The position numbers and the translations under genes were made by a program. From Escherichia coli (GTDB lineage Bacteria > Pseudomonadota > Gammaproteobacteria > Enterobacterales > Enterobacteriaceae), in the NCBI RefSeq assembly GCF_045037415.1, contig NZ_CP173438.1: DNA of 64,000 nucleotides; one strand, given 5' to 3'. Positions within the stretch are counted from its first letter, which is position 1. Each line of letters starts with the position of its first letter. Positions 55,532-64,000 of this stretch are shown here, piece by piece. The notes beneath the pieces are model-generated. The model was given only the letters and a program-made list of their open reading frames with translations, was not told where the DNA came from and did not search any database.

Positions 55532-56554
55532 TCAGAAAGTAATTACGCCTTTAATTAACTCACGATTGTTAATCACATCGCGCTCGTAGGTTTCTGCCAG
55601 CGTGGCGAACGGATAGCGATGGGTTAACATCATGTCGGCAGTGATTTTCCCTTCCGCCATAAGTCGACCGACTTTAGCGAAATCTTCCGGCGTGGCGTTG
55701 CGGCTGCCCATCATCGTCGTTTCTTTTTTATGGAATTCCGGATCGGAGAACTGCAACTCACCTTTAAACAGGCCGACAAATACCACCGTGCCACCGTGAC
55801 GAATCAGATTCACGGTGTTATTCATCGCATGTTGATTACCTGTCGCGTCGATCACTTTCTGCGCCAGCGAACCACCAAACTGCGCCCGCAGCTGCGCGTC
55901 AAAATCTTCGGCTGACGGGTCCAGCACGGGCAACTCCAGACGCGTTGCCACATGTTCACGGCGCGCCGGACTGGTATCCGCCACCACCACCTGTGCGCCA
56001 TCGGCTTTAGCGATTGCCGCCGCGCCCAGACCGATTGGCCCCGCTCCGACCACCAGCACCTGCTCGCCGGGAGCAATGGCTGCGCGACGCACCGCATGAG
56101 CGCTAATAGCGAAAGGTTCAATCAATGCGGCCGCCTGCGGGTCAATACCGTCTGCGGGCAAAATGTTCGCCACCGGCACGCTCAAATACTCACTAAAACC
56201 GCCATCCTGATGCACGCCAATGACTGAAATTTTTTCACAGCAATTGGTACGCCCGCTTTTACACGCCGGGCATTGCTGACAGGCAACATAAGGGATCACA
56301 GCAACTTGCTGACCATTTTTAAGATCAGCAACATTTTTACCCAGCCCAACAACCTCCCCACATATTTCATGGCCTAAAACCCGTGGATAACTAAAAAATG
56401 GTTGATTTCCACCCCAGGCATGAATATCGGTACCGCAAATCCCGACAGACTTAATTTTTATTAATGCTTCATTGTCACCCGGAATAGGAATCTCGCGTTG
56501 TTTCCAGACTAATTCTTTCGGCTGCTGGCAAATTAAAACATTCATCGTAGACAT
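55532..56554 (-). CDS. lgoD: Zn-dependent L-galactonate 5-dehydrogenase LgoD, 340 aa (start MSTMNVLICQQ)
   Basis: ORF 55532..56569; MDR-family alcohol dehydrogenase motifs (GHEICGEV, VVGAGPIGLG). Confidence 0.9.
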   Translation of the reverse strand: MSTMNVLICQQPKELVWKQREIPIPGDNEALIKIKSVGICGTDIHAWGGNQPFFSYPRVLGHEICGEVVGLGKNVADLKNGQQVAVIPYVACQQCPACKSGRTNCCEKISVIGVHQDGGFSEYLSVPVANILPADGIDPQAAALIEPFAISAHAVRRAAIAPGEQVLVVGAGPIGLGAAAIAKADGAQVVVADTSPARREHVATRLELPVLDPSAEDFDAQLRAQFGGSLAQKVIDATGNQHAMNNTVNLIRHGGTVVFVGLFKGELQFSDPEFHKKETTMMGSRNATPEDFAKVGRLMAEGKITADMMLTHRYPFATLAETYERDVINNRELIKGVITF

Positions 56555-56692
56555 GATTCGGCTCTCCATTTTTTGTTGCCTTAGATATCAATGAAAATGA
56601 AAAATGGCAGCGGAACGGAAAATCTGTTTTGTGAAAACACGCGCATAAAAATGTTTTAAATCGGGTTTTAATGGACTCACAAGGAGGAAAAT

Positions 56693-57607
56693 ATGAGTCG
56701 TTCACAAAATTTACGCCACAATGTGATTAACCAGGTCATTGATGATATGGCGCGGGGTCATATCCCTTCCCCACTTCCATCGCAAAGTGCGCTGGCGGAA
56801 ATGTACAACATCAGCCGCACTACAGTGCGTCATATTCTCAGCCACTTACGCGAATGCGGCGTCTTAACGCAGGTTGGAAACGACTATGTTATTGCGCGTA
56901 AACCTGACCATGATGACGGTTTCGCCTGTACTACCGCTTCAATGAGTGAACAAAACAAAGTGTTTGAGCAGGCTTTTTTCACGATGATAAACCAGCGCCA
57001 GTTACGCCCAGGGGAAACTTTTTCTGAACTGCAACTGGCTCGGGCCGCGGGTGTCAGCCCGGTGGTTGTAAGAGAATATCTTTTAAAATTCGGCCGTTAT
57101 AATCTTATTCAAAGCGAAAAGCGCGGCCAGTGGAGCATGAAGCAATTCGATCAATCCTACGCCGAGCAGCTGTTTGAGCTACGCGAAATGCTCGAAACAC
57201 ATTCACTTCAGCACTTTCTCAACCTGCCTGATCATGATCCCCGCTGGCTGCAGGCGAAAACCATGCTCGAACGTCACAGGCTACTGCGTGACAACATCGG
57301 CAATAGCTTTCGCATGTTCTCGCAACTTGACAGAGATTTTCACTCCTTACTGCTTTCAGCTGCCGACAATATCTTTTTTGAACAATCGCTTGAGATCATA
57401 TCAGTCATCTTTCATTTTCACTATCAATGGGACGAAAGCGATCTTAAACAGCGCAATATCATTGCCGTCGATGAGCATATGACCATTCTCAGCGCTCTGA
57501 TTTGCCGCAGTGACCTTGATGCCACCCTTGCGCTCCGTAACCATTTGAATTCAGCTAAACAATCAATGATTCGATCCATTAATGAGAACATGCGTTATGC
57601 TCATTAA
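56693..57607 (+). CDS. lgoR: GntR/FadR-family transcriptional regulator LgoR, 304 aa
   Basis: ORF 56693..57607; N-terminal GntR HTH; divergent from lgoD. Confidence 0.9.
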   Translation: MSRSQNLRHNVINQVIDDMARGHIPSPLPSQSALAEMYNISRTTVRHILSHLRECGVLTQVGNDYVIARKPDHDDGFACTTASMSEQNKVFEQAFFTMINQRQLRPGETFSELQLARAAGVSPVVVREYLLKFGRYNLIQSEKRGQWSMKQFDQSYAEQLFELREMLETHSLQHFLNLPDHDPRWLQAKTMLERHRLLRDNIGNSFRMFSQLDRDFHSLLLSAADNIFFEQSLEIISVIFHFHYQWDESDLKQRNIIAVDEHMTILSALICRSDLDATLALRNHLNSAKQSMIRSINENMRYAH

Positions 57608-57823
57608 GTACGGATTAAAAACAGCAAACTATTAGCGGGTGCACGGTTTTATCAAAAGATAAATACCGGAAAATTCCCGCTTACCTATGCTCACAATCAG
57701 TCGACTAAAAATGTTTTTTTGTGAGCGGTAGTAAAGTCCTAAAACTTTAACCTGCCGTTAATGTCAACCTTGCGTAATGCACAATTACGTAAACAATTAA
57801 AATTATAAATACAGGAGTCCGGC

Positions 57824-59185
57824 GTGGAAAAAGAAAATATCACCCTCGATCCGCGTTCTTCATTTACTCCATCTTCGTCGGCAGATATTCCCGTGCCACC
57901 AGATGGATTAGTTCAACGCAGTACCCGAATTAAACGCATTCAAACCACCGCCATGTTGTTATTATTTTTTGCGGCGGTAATCAATTATCTCGACCGCAGT
58001 TCGCTGTCGGTAGCAAATTTAACGATTCGTGAAGAATTGGGATTAAGTGCCACCGAAATCGGCGCTTTGCTCTCCGTGTTTTCACTCGCTTACGGGATTG
58101 CGCAACTTCCTTGCGGCCCACTATTGGATCGTAAAGGCCCGCGCCTGATGTTGGGACTGGGGATGTTCTTCTGGTCACTGTTCCAGGCAATGTCTGGCAT
58201 GGTGCACAGCTTTACGCAGTTCGTGTTGGTGCGTATCGGTATGGGAATTGGTGAAGCGCCGATGAACCCATGCGGTGTAAAAGTCATTAACGACTGGTTC
58301 AACATCAAAGAGCGCGGACGCCCGATGGGCTTCTTCAACGCAGCTTCTACCATTGGCGTTGCCGTAAGCCCACCGATTCTGGCGGCGATGATGCTGGTGA
58401 TGGGCTGGCGCGGGATGTTTATTACCATTGGTGTACTGGGGATTTTTCTCGCCATCGGCTGGTATATGCTCTATCGCAACCGCGAGCACGTAGAACTGAC
58501 TGCCGTTGAACAAGCTTATCTCAATGCAGGTAGCGTCAATGCCCGCCGAGATCCGCTCAGTTTTGCCGAATGGCGCAGCTTGTTCCGTAACCGCACAATG
58601 TGGGGAATGATGCTCGGATTCAGTGGCATCAACTACACTGCGTGGCTGTATCTGGCCTGGCTTCCTGGTTACCTGCAAACAGCCTATAACCTGGATTTAA
58701 AAAGCACAGGGTTGATGGCGGCTATCCCTTTCCTGTTTGGGGCTGCCGGGATGCTGGTCAACGGTTACGTTACTGACTGGCTGGTCAAAGGGGGAATGGC
58801 TCCGATTAAAAGCCGTAAGATCTGCATTATTGCCGGGATGTTCTGTTCTGCCGCCTTTACGCTGGTCGTACCGCAAGCGACAACATCCATGACAGCGGTT
58901 CTGCTGATTGGTATGGCACTGTTCTGTATTCACTTTGCCGGAACATCCTGCTGGGGCTTGATCCACGTCGCAGTTGCTTCTCGCATGACTGCGTCGGTGG
59001 GCAGTATCCAGAACTTTGCCAGCTTCATCTGCGCCTCTTTTGCGCCGATCATTACTGGTTTTATTGTTGATACCACCCACTCATTCCGTCTGGCACTAAT
59101 CATCTGCGGTTGCGTCACCGCAGCGGGGGCACTGGCGTACATCTTCCTGGTTCGTCAGCCGATCAACGACCCACGGAAAGATTAA
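57824..59185 (+). CDS. lgoT: MFS L-galactonate:H+ symporter LgoT, 453 aa, GTG start
   Basis: ORF 57824..59185; GTG preceded by CAGGAG SD; 12-TM MFS protein. Confidence 0.9.
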   Translation: MEKENITLDPRSSFTPSSSADIPVPPDGLVQRSTRIKRIQTTAMLLLFFAAVINYLDRSSLSVANLTIREELGLSATEIGALLSVFSLAYGIAQLPCGPLLDRKGPRLMLGLGMFFWSLFQAMSGMVHSFTQFVLVRIGMGIGEAPMNPCGVKVINDWFNIKERGRPMGFFNAASTIGVAVSPPILAAMMLVMGWRGMFITIGVLGIFLAIGWYMLYRNREHVELTAVEQAYLNAGSVNARRDPLSFAEWRSLFRNRTMWGMMLGFSGINYTAWLYLAWLPGYLQTAYNLDLKSTGLMAAIPFLFGAAGMLVNGYVTDWLVKGGMAPIKSRKICIIAGMFCSAAFTLVVPQATTSMTAVLLIGMALFCIHFAGTSCWGLIHVAVASRMTASVGSIQNFASFICASFAPIITGFIVDTTHSFRLALIICGCVTAAGALAYIFLVRQPINDPRKD

Positions 59186-59192
59186 TCTCCCT

Positions 59193-59227
59193 ATGCCCGA
59201 TAACATTTTGCTTATCGGGCATTTTTA
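59193..59227. terminator. Bidirectional intrinsic terminator between convergent lgoT and tsr (atgcccgataa...ttatcgggcat + ttttat)
   Basis: 11-bp perfect stem with T-tract. Confidence 0.75.
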
Positions 59228-59233
59228 TGGCGA

Positions 59234-60898
59234 TTAAAACGTTTCCCAGTTCTCACCGCTATCTGCCACGGCCATTTTACGCGGCGCAGCTGGCATCACG
59301 GTTTTTACCACAGCCGATGTTTCACGCTGCTGTTGCTGCTGTTGCTGAATCCGGAACACTGCCACTGCTTCGGTCAGGCGACTGGCCTGCTCTTCCAGCG
59401 CGGCGGCGGCGGCGGCAGATTCTTCCACCAGCGCGGCGTTCTGTTGAGTTACCCGGTCCATCTCAGCAACCGCTAAGCCAACCTGATCGATACCACGGCT
59501 CTGCTCATCAGAAGCAGAAGCAATTTCGCCCATAATGTCCGTCACGCGGGTCACAGCACTGACAATCTCCGCCATTGTTTCCCCGGCGCTTTCGACCAGC
59601 GTAGAGCCAACATCCACTTTCCCCACCGAGTCTTCAATCAGGCTTTTAATTTCACGAGCCGCCTGGGCGCTACGCTGGGCCAGATTACGCACTTCTCCCG
59701 CAACCACCGCAAAACCACGTCCTTGCTCACCCGCACGCGCTGCTTCAACCGCCGCGTTCAAAGCCAGAATATTGGTCTGGAAGGCAATGCCGTCAATTAC
59801 GCTGATAATATCGGCGATTTTCTGCGAACTGGTGGAGATATCACGCATAGTCTGCACCACGTTATCTACCACTTTGCCGCCGCGTTGCGCCGTTTCAGAA
59901 GCACTTAACGCCAGGTGGCTGGCCTGGCGCGCATTCTCGGCGTTCTGTTTCACCGTTGCGGTCAGTTGCTCCATGCTGGCTGCCGTCTCTTCCAGCGAAG
60001 CAGCCTGTTGCTCGGTGCGCGAAGAGAGATCGTTATTGCCGGTAGCGATTTCGCTGGCACCGCTATAGATGGCATTGGCCCCGTTGCGCACATCACCGAC
60101 GGTACGCATCAGCTCTCCCTGCATATGGCGCAAACTCTCTGCCAGTTGCCCCATCTCATTAGAGCCATCCACCTCAATCGGTTTCACCAGATCGCCGCCT
60201 GCAATATGACGAATGCTGTCAATCAGGCGATTCATTGGCGCTACCAGCGAGGCTTTAATACCGAACCAGACGGCGAAGATGACCGCCAGTACGACGATCA
60301 TCACGCCCACCAGAATCCACATCGCCTGGCTGTAGGAGGCATTGTTATCGCTGACGGCGATATCATGGAGCCGATCGTTTTGTTCCATGTAAGCCACATA
60401 CTGCTTCTCGAAACCGTCCTGATATCCCTGAGTCGGCTGATCAAAGAACTCGTTGATTTTGCCTGCACCTAACAGTTGGATCAGCTCCGCCAGCGCATTG
60501 TGATAAATATCGTAATTACGTTTGATCTCTGCCGCTGCGGCGGTGCTCTGACGCGGGTCACGCGGCAACGCTTCGTAATCCGCCCAGTTTTTTTCCGCCT
60601 GTTTCAGCGAAATACTGGCACTCTGCATCAGCTCAGCAACGGTTGAACCGCTACCAATATTATTCTGATCCATCATGTAGCGGATACCCGCGCGGTTGAG
60701 GGTGTTACGCGTCTGCAACAACGCGACCCAGCTGCCATTCAGCGTGGATTGCTGCTGGCGAATGGTTTGTAAAACAGTGAAATTTTCTTTGTCATTCTTT
60801 AAGGCATTAAAGAACAGACCGCCTGATGTCAGTTGTAAAAGGCCAAAAACGGCCAAAACCAGCAGTAAGCTGGTCACAATTTTGATACGTTTTAACAT
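59234..60898 (-). CDS. tsr: Methyl-accepting chemotaxis protein I (serine sensor) Tsr, 554 aa, C-terminal NWETF
   Basis: ORF 59234..60898; MCP signalling domain, methylation sites, C-terminal pentapeptide NWETF; 7-residue polyQ tract before the tether. Confidence 0.95.
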   Translation of the reverse strand: MLKRIKIVTSLLLVLAVFGLLQLTSGGLFFNALKNDKENFTVLQTIRQQQSTLNGSWVALLQTRNTLNRAGIRYMMDQNNIGSGSTVAELMQSASISLKQAEKNWADYEALPRDPRQSTAAAAEIKRNYDIYHNALAELIQLLGAGKINEFFDQPTQGYQDGFEKQYVAYMEQNDRLHDIAVSDNNASYSQAMWILVGVMIVVLAVIFAVWFGIKASLVAPMNRLIDSIRHIAGGDLVKPIEVDGSNEMGQLAESLRHMQGELMRTVGDVRNGANAIYSGASEIATGNNDLSSRTEQQAASLEETAASMEQLTATVKQNAENARQASHLALSASETAQRGGKVVDNVVQTMRDISTSSQKIADIISVIDGIAFQTNILALNAAVEAARAGEQGRGFAVVAGEVRNLAQRSAQAAREIKSLIEDSVGKVDVGSTLVESAGETMAEIVSAVTRVTDIMGEIASASDEQSRGIDQVGLAVAEMDRVTQQNAALVEESAAAAAALEEQASRLTEAVAVFRIQQQQQQQRETSAVVKTVMPAAPRKMAVADSGENWETF

Positions 60899-60928
60899 GG
60901 TTTCTCTTTCCTGTGGACCGATGCAAGA

Positions 60929-60955
60929 TTTTCGGCCTGGAAAGGAAAAACTTTA
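60929..60955 (-). promoter_or_regulatory. Sigma28 (FliA) class 3 promoter for tsr: TAAAGTTT - 11 nt - GCCGAAAA on the minus strand
   Basis: Reverse complement reads taaagtttttcctttccaggccgaaaa, close to FliA consensus TAAAGTTT-N11-GCCGATAA, about 30 nt upstream of tsr ATG. Confidence 0.75.
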
Positions 60956-61041
60956 TGAATATCCCGCGGAGATTACGCCGAGTAATTTTATTCACACTCT
61001 GAATTTAAAAAGCCATTATTTACATAAATTATTCACAATAT

Positions 61042-61067
61042 AAATATGTGATATGAATCACATATTT
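61042..61067. promoter_or_regulatory. Near-consensus CRP binding site (aaatatGTGAtatgaaTCACAtattt) in tsr-btsT divergent intergenic region
   Basis: Perfect 10-bp inverted arms with 6-bp spacer matching TGTGA-N6-TCACA. Confidence 0.6.
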
Positions 61068-61274
61068 ATCGTCACTTAAACGACGCCTTTGCCGCTCAAC
61101 CGCAAAACTGACCGCTTACATCCCTAAAATAACCACTCAGTTATTTACCTTACTTTACGCGCGCGTAACTCTGGCAACATCACTACAGGATAGCGGTCAA
61201 TTTACCTCCTCAAACGCAACGCAAACCTAGAACGGCTTCGGCCAACTATTAATCAATACATGCCAGGTTTTACT

Positions 61275-63425
61275 ATGGATACTAAAAAGATATTCAAGCA
61301 CATACCCTGGGTGATTCTCGGAATCATCGGTGCATTCTGCCTCGCGGTAGTTGCATTACGTCGGGGGGAGCACGTCAGCGCCCTGTGGATCGTGGTCGCC
61401 TCTGTATCGGTGTATCTGGTGGCGTATCGCTACTACAGTCTGTACATCGCCCAGAAGGTGATGAAACTCGACCCCACGCGCGCGACGCCTGCGGTTATTA
61501 ACAACGACGGTCTGAACTACGTTCCGACCAACCGTTACGTGTTGTTTGGTCACCACTTCGCCGCTATCGCCGGTGCTGGTCCGCTGGTGGGTCCGGTTCT
61601 CGCCGCGCAGATGGGCTACCTGCCTGGCACGCTGTGGCTGCTGGCGGGGGTCGTGCTGGCCGGTGCGGTTCAGGACTTTATGGTGCTGTTTATCTCCTCT
61701 CGCCGTAATGGCGCATCTCTTGGTGAGATGATCAAAGAAGAGATGGGACCAGTACCGGGGACTATCGCGCTGTTTGGCTGTTTCTTAATCATGATCATCA
61801 TCCTCGCCGTCCTGGCGCTGATTGTGGTTAAAGCCCTGGCCGAAAGTCCGTGGGGTGTCTTCACCGTTTGCTCAACCGTACCGATTGCGCTGTTTATGGG
61901 TATCTACATGCGCTTTATTCGTCCGGGGCGTGTGGGTGAAGTCTCTGTCATTGGTATCGTGCTGCTGGTTGCCTCTATCTACTTCGGTGGCGTGATTGCT
62001 CACGATCCGTACTGGGGTCCGGCACTGACCTTTAAAGACACCACCATTACCTTCGCGCTGATTGGCTATGCGTTTGTTTCCGCACTGCTGCCGGTGTGGC
62101 TGATCCTCGCACCGCGCGACTATCTGGCAACCTTCCTGAAAATCGGCGTTATCGTCGGCCTGGCGCTGGGTATCGTGGTGCTGAACCCGGAACTGAAAAT
62201 GCCTGCCATGACCCAGTACATTGACGGTACTGGCCCGCTGTGGAAAGGCGCTCTGTTCCCGTTCCTGTTCATCACCATCGCCTGTGGTGCGGTATCTGGC
62301 TTCCACGCGCTGATCTCTTCCGGTACGACGCCAAAACTGCTGGCTAATGAAACCGACGCGCGTTTCATCGGCTACGGCGCAATGCTGATGGAGTCCTTCG
62401 TGGCGATTATGGCGCTGGTTGCTGCGTCCATCATCGAACCGGGTCTTTACTTCGCGATGAACACCCCGCCTGCTGGCCTTGGCATCACCATGCCTAACCT
62501 GCATGAAATGGGTGGCGAGAACGCGCCGATCATCATGGCGCAGCTGAAAGACGTTACCGCACACGCGGCAGCGACCGTCAGCTCCTGGGGCTTCGTGATT
62601 TCGCCAGAGCAGATCCTGCAAACCGCGAAAGACATTGGTGAGCCTTCTGTCCTGAACCGTGCAGGTGGTGCGCCGACGCTGGCGGTAGGTATCGCTCACG
62701 TGTTCCACAAAGTGCTGCCGATGGCTGACATGGGCTTCTGGTATCACTTCGGTATTCTGTTCGAAGCACTGTTCATCCTGACCGCGCTGGATGCGGGTAC
62801 CCGTTCTGGCCGCTTTATGCTGCAAGACCTGCTGGGTAACTTCATCCCGTTCCTGAAAAAAACCGACTCTCTGGTTGCCGGTATCATCGGTACTGCGGGC
62901 TGTGTGGGTCTGTGGGGCTACCTGCTGTATCAGGGCGTGGTCGATCCGCTGGGCGGCGTTAAGAGCCTGTGGCCGCTGTTCGGTATTTCCAACCAGATGC
63001 TGGCAGCCGTAGCGCTGGTACTGGGCACCGTTGTGCTGATTAAGATGAAGCGCACCCAATACATCTGGGTAACTGTTGTTCCGGCTGTATGGCTGCTTAT
63101 CTGCACCACCTGGGCGCTGGGCCTGAAACTGTTCAGCACCAACCCGCAGATGGAAGGCTTCTTCTACATGGCAAGCCAGTACAAAGAGAAGATTGCTAAC
63201 GGTACTGACCTGACGGCGCAGCAGATTGCCAACATGAACCACATCGTTGTGAACAACTACACCAACGCGGGCCTGAGTATTCTGTTCCTGATTGTGGTGT
63301 ACAGCATCATCTTCTACGGTTTCAAAACGTGGCTTGCGGTGCGTAACAGCGACAAACGTACTGACAAAGAAACACCGTACGTTCCAATCCCGGAAGGCGG
63401 CGTGAAGATCTCTTCGCACCACTAA
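61275..63425 (+). CDS. btsT: CstA-family pyruvate/H+ symporter BtsT (YjiY), 716 aa (start MDTKKIFKHI)
   Basis: ORF 61260..63425; large polytopic CstA-family transporter. Confidence 0.93.
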   Translation: MDTKKIFKHIPWVILGIIGAFCLAVVALRRGEHVSALWIVVASVSVYLVAYRYYSLYIAQKVMKLDPTRATPAVINNDGLNYVPTNRYVLFGHHFAAIAGAGPLVGPVLAAQMGYLPGTLWLLAGVVLAGAVQDFMVLFISSRRNGASLGEMIKEEMGPVPGTIALFGCFLIMIIILAVLALIVVKALAESPWGVFTVCSTVPIALFMGIYMRFIRPGRVGEVSVIGIVLLVASIYFGGVIAHDPYWGPALTFKDTTITFALIGYAFVSALLPVWLILAPRDYLATFLKIGVIVGLALGIVVLNPELKMPAMTQYIDGTGPLWKGALFPFLFITIACGAVSGFHALISSGTTPKLLANETDARFIGYGAMLMESFVAIMALVAASIIEPGLYFAMNTPPAGLGITMPNLHEMGGENAPIIMAQLKDVTAHAAATVSSWGFVISPEQILQTAKDIGEPSVLNRAGGAPTLAVGIAHVFHKVLPMADMGFWYHFGILFEALFILTALDAGTRSGRFMLQDLLGNFIPFLKKTDSLVAGIIGTAGCVGLWGYLLYQGVVDPLGGVKSLWPLFGISNQMLAAVALVLGTVVLIKMKRTQYIWVTVVPAVWLLICTTWALGLKLFSTNPQMEGFFYMASQYKEKIANGTDLTAQQIANMNHIVVNNYTNAGLSILFLIVVYSIIFYGFKTWLAVRNSDKRTDKETPYVPIPEGGVKISSHH

Positions 63426-63433
63426 CCGTGTTT

Positions 63434-63460
63434 AGCCCCGCTTCGGCGGGGCTTTGTTCT
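63434..63460 (+). terminator. Hairpin (agccccgc ttcg gcggggct) with T-rich tail after btsT
   Basis: GC stem with tetraloop followed by ttgttctt; yjiX follows 15 nt later, so read-through is likely. Confidence 0.55.
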
Positions 63461-63474
63461 TATCAGAGTGAACT

Positions 63475-63678
63475 ATGTTTGGTAACTTAGGACAGGCAAA
63501 AAAATATCTCGGCCAGGCGGCGAAGATGTTGATTGGCATTCCAGACTACGACAACTACGTCGAGCATATGAAGACCAACCATCCCGACAAGCCGTACATG
63601 AGCTATGAAGAATTCTTCCGCGAACGCCAGAATGCGCGCTACGGCGGCGATGGTAAAGGCGGTATGCGCTGTTGTTAA
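63475..63678 (+). CDS. yjiX: Small DUF466 protein YjiX (YbdD/YjiX family), 67 aa
   Basis: ORF 63475..63678; [33 protein letters not shown]; downstream of CstA-family gene. Confidence 0.88.
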
Positions 63679-63688
63679 TGGAGAGAGC

Positions 63689-64000
63689 ATGAACCCGATT
63701 GCAGTTACCCTACTCACCGGTTTTTTAGGCGCAGGCAAAACCACCCTGCTGCGCCATATTCTTAACGAACAACACGGCTACAAGATTGCCGTGATTGAAA
63801 ACGAATTCGGCGAAGTCTCCGTTGATGATCAACTGATTGGCGACCGCGCCACGCAGATCAAAACGCTGACCAACGGCTGCATCTGCTGTTCGCGCTCCAA
63901 CGAGCTGGAAGACGCACTACTCGACCTGCTGGATAATCTCGACAAGGGCAATATTCAGTTCGACCGTCTGGTCATTGAATGCACCGGCATGGCCGATCCC
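63689..64000 (+). CDS. yjiA: CobW/P47K-family GTPase YjiA, 3'-truncated at window edge
   Basis: ATG at 63689 with GGAGAG SD; MNPIAVTLLTGFLGAGKTTLLRHILNEQHGYKIAVIENEFGEVS P-loop; frame runs off the end of the window. Confidence 0.9.
   Translation, partial: MNPIAVTLLTGFLGAGKTTLLRHILNEQHGYKIAVIENEFGEVSVDDQLIGDRATQIKTLTNGCICCSRSNELEDALLDLLDNLDKGNIQFDRLVIECTGMADP

Noticed and set aside
61872-63422. 516-aa ORF on the - strand
   Set aside because: Antisense to btsT, with arginine/histidine-rich low-complexity translation typical of reverse-frame reading of a GC-rich membrane protein gene

Overview
This window reads as one contiguous, syntenic stretch of an Escherichia coli K-12-like chromosome, in reverse orientation to conventional numbering. 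All gene identifications are from my own recognition of the translated ORFs and nucleotide motifs; no database search was run. From window start to end: 3' part of yaaW, satP, mog, talB, yaaJ, yaaA, yaaX, thrCBA-thrL, lasT, yjjY, arcA, creDCBA, rob, gpmB, yjjX, trpR, slt, ettA, nadR, radA, serB, ytjB(smp), lplA, yjjJ, deoDBAC, yjjI-yjjW, a REP/BIME array, yjjV, yjjU, ytjA, osmY, prfC, yjjG, rimI, holD, rsmC, three tandem tRNA-Leu(CAG) genes, yjjZ, fhuF, bglJ-yjjQ, yjjP-yjjB, dnaT-dnaC, yjjA, opgB, lgoD, lgoR, lgoT, tsr, btsT, yjiX and the 5' part of yjiA. The lasT|thrL junction is where the arbitrary K-12 coordinate origin falls, which has no biological meaning. I found no IS elements, integrases, phage genes, CRISPR arrays, cas genes or compositionally foreign islands, and I could not identify a previously undescribed system. 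The large unannotated ORFs in the six-frame track are antisense shadow ORFs inside known genes. The most worthwhile items are the poorly characterised yjjI/yjjW glycyl-radical-enzyme pair, the HipA-like kinase YjjJ, a deo operator embedded in the yjjI coding sequence, a trinucleotide-repeat polyQ tract in tsr, and regulatory sites in the tsr-btsT intergenic region. Coordinates of small motifs may be off by 1-2 bp.
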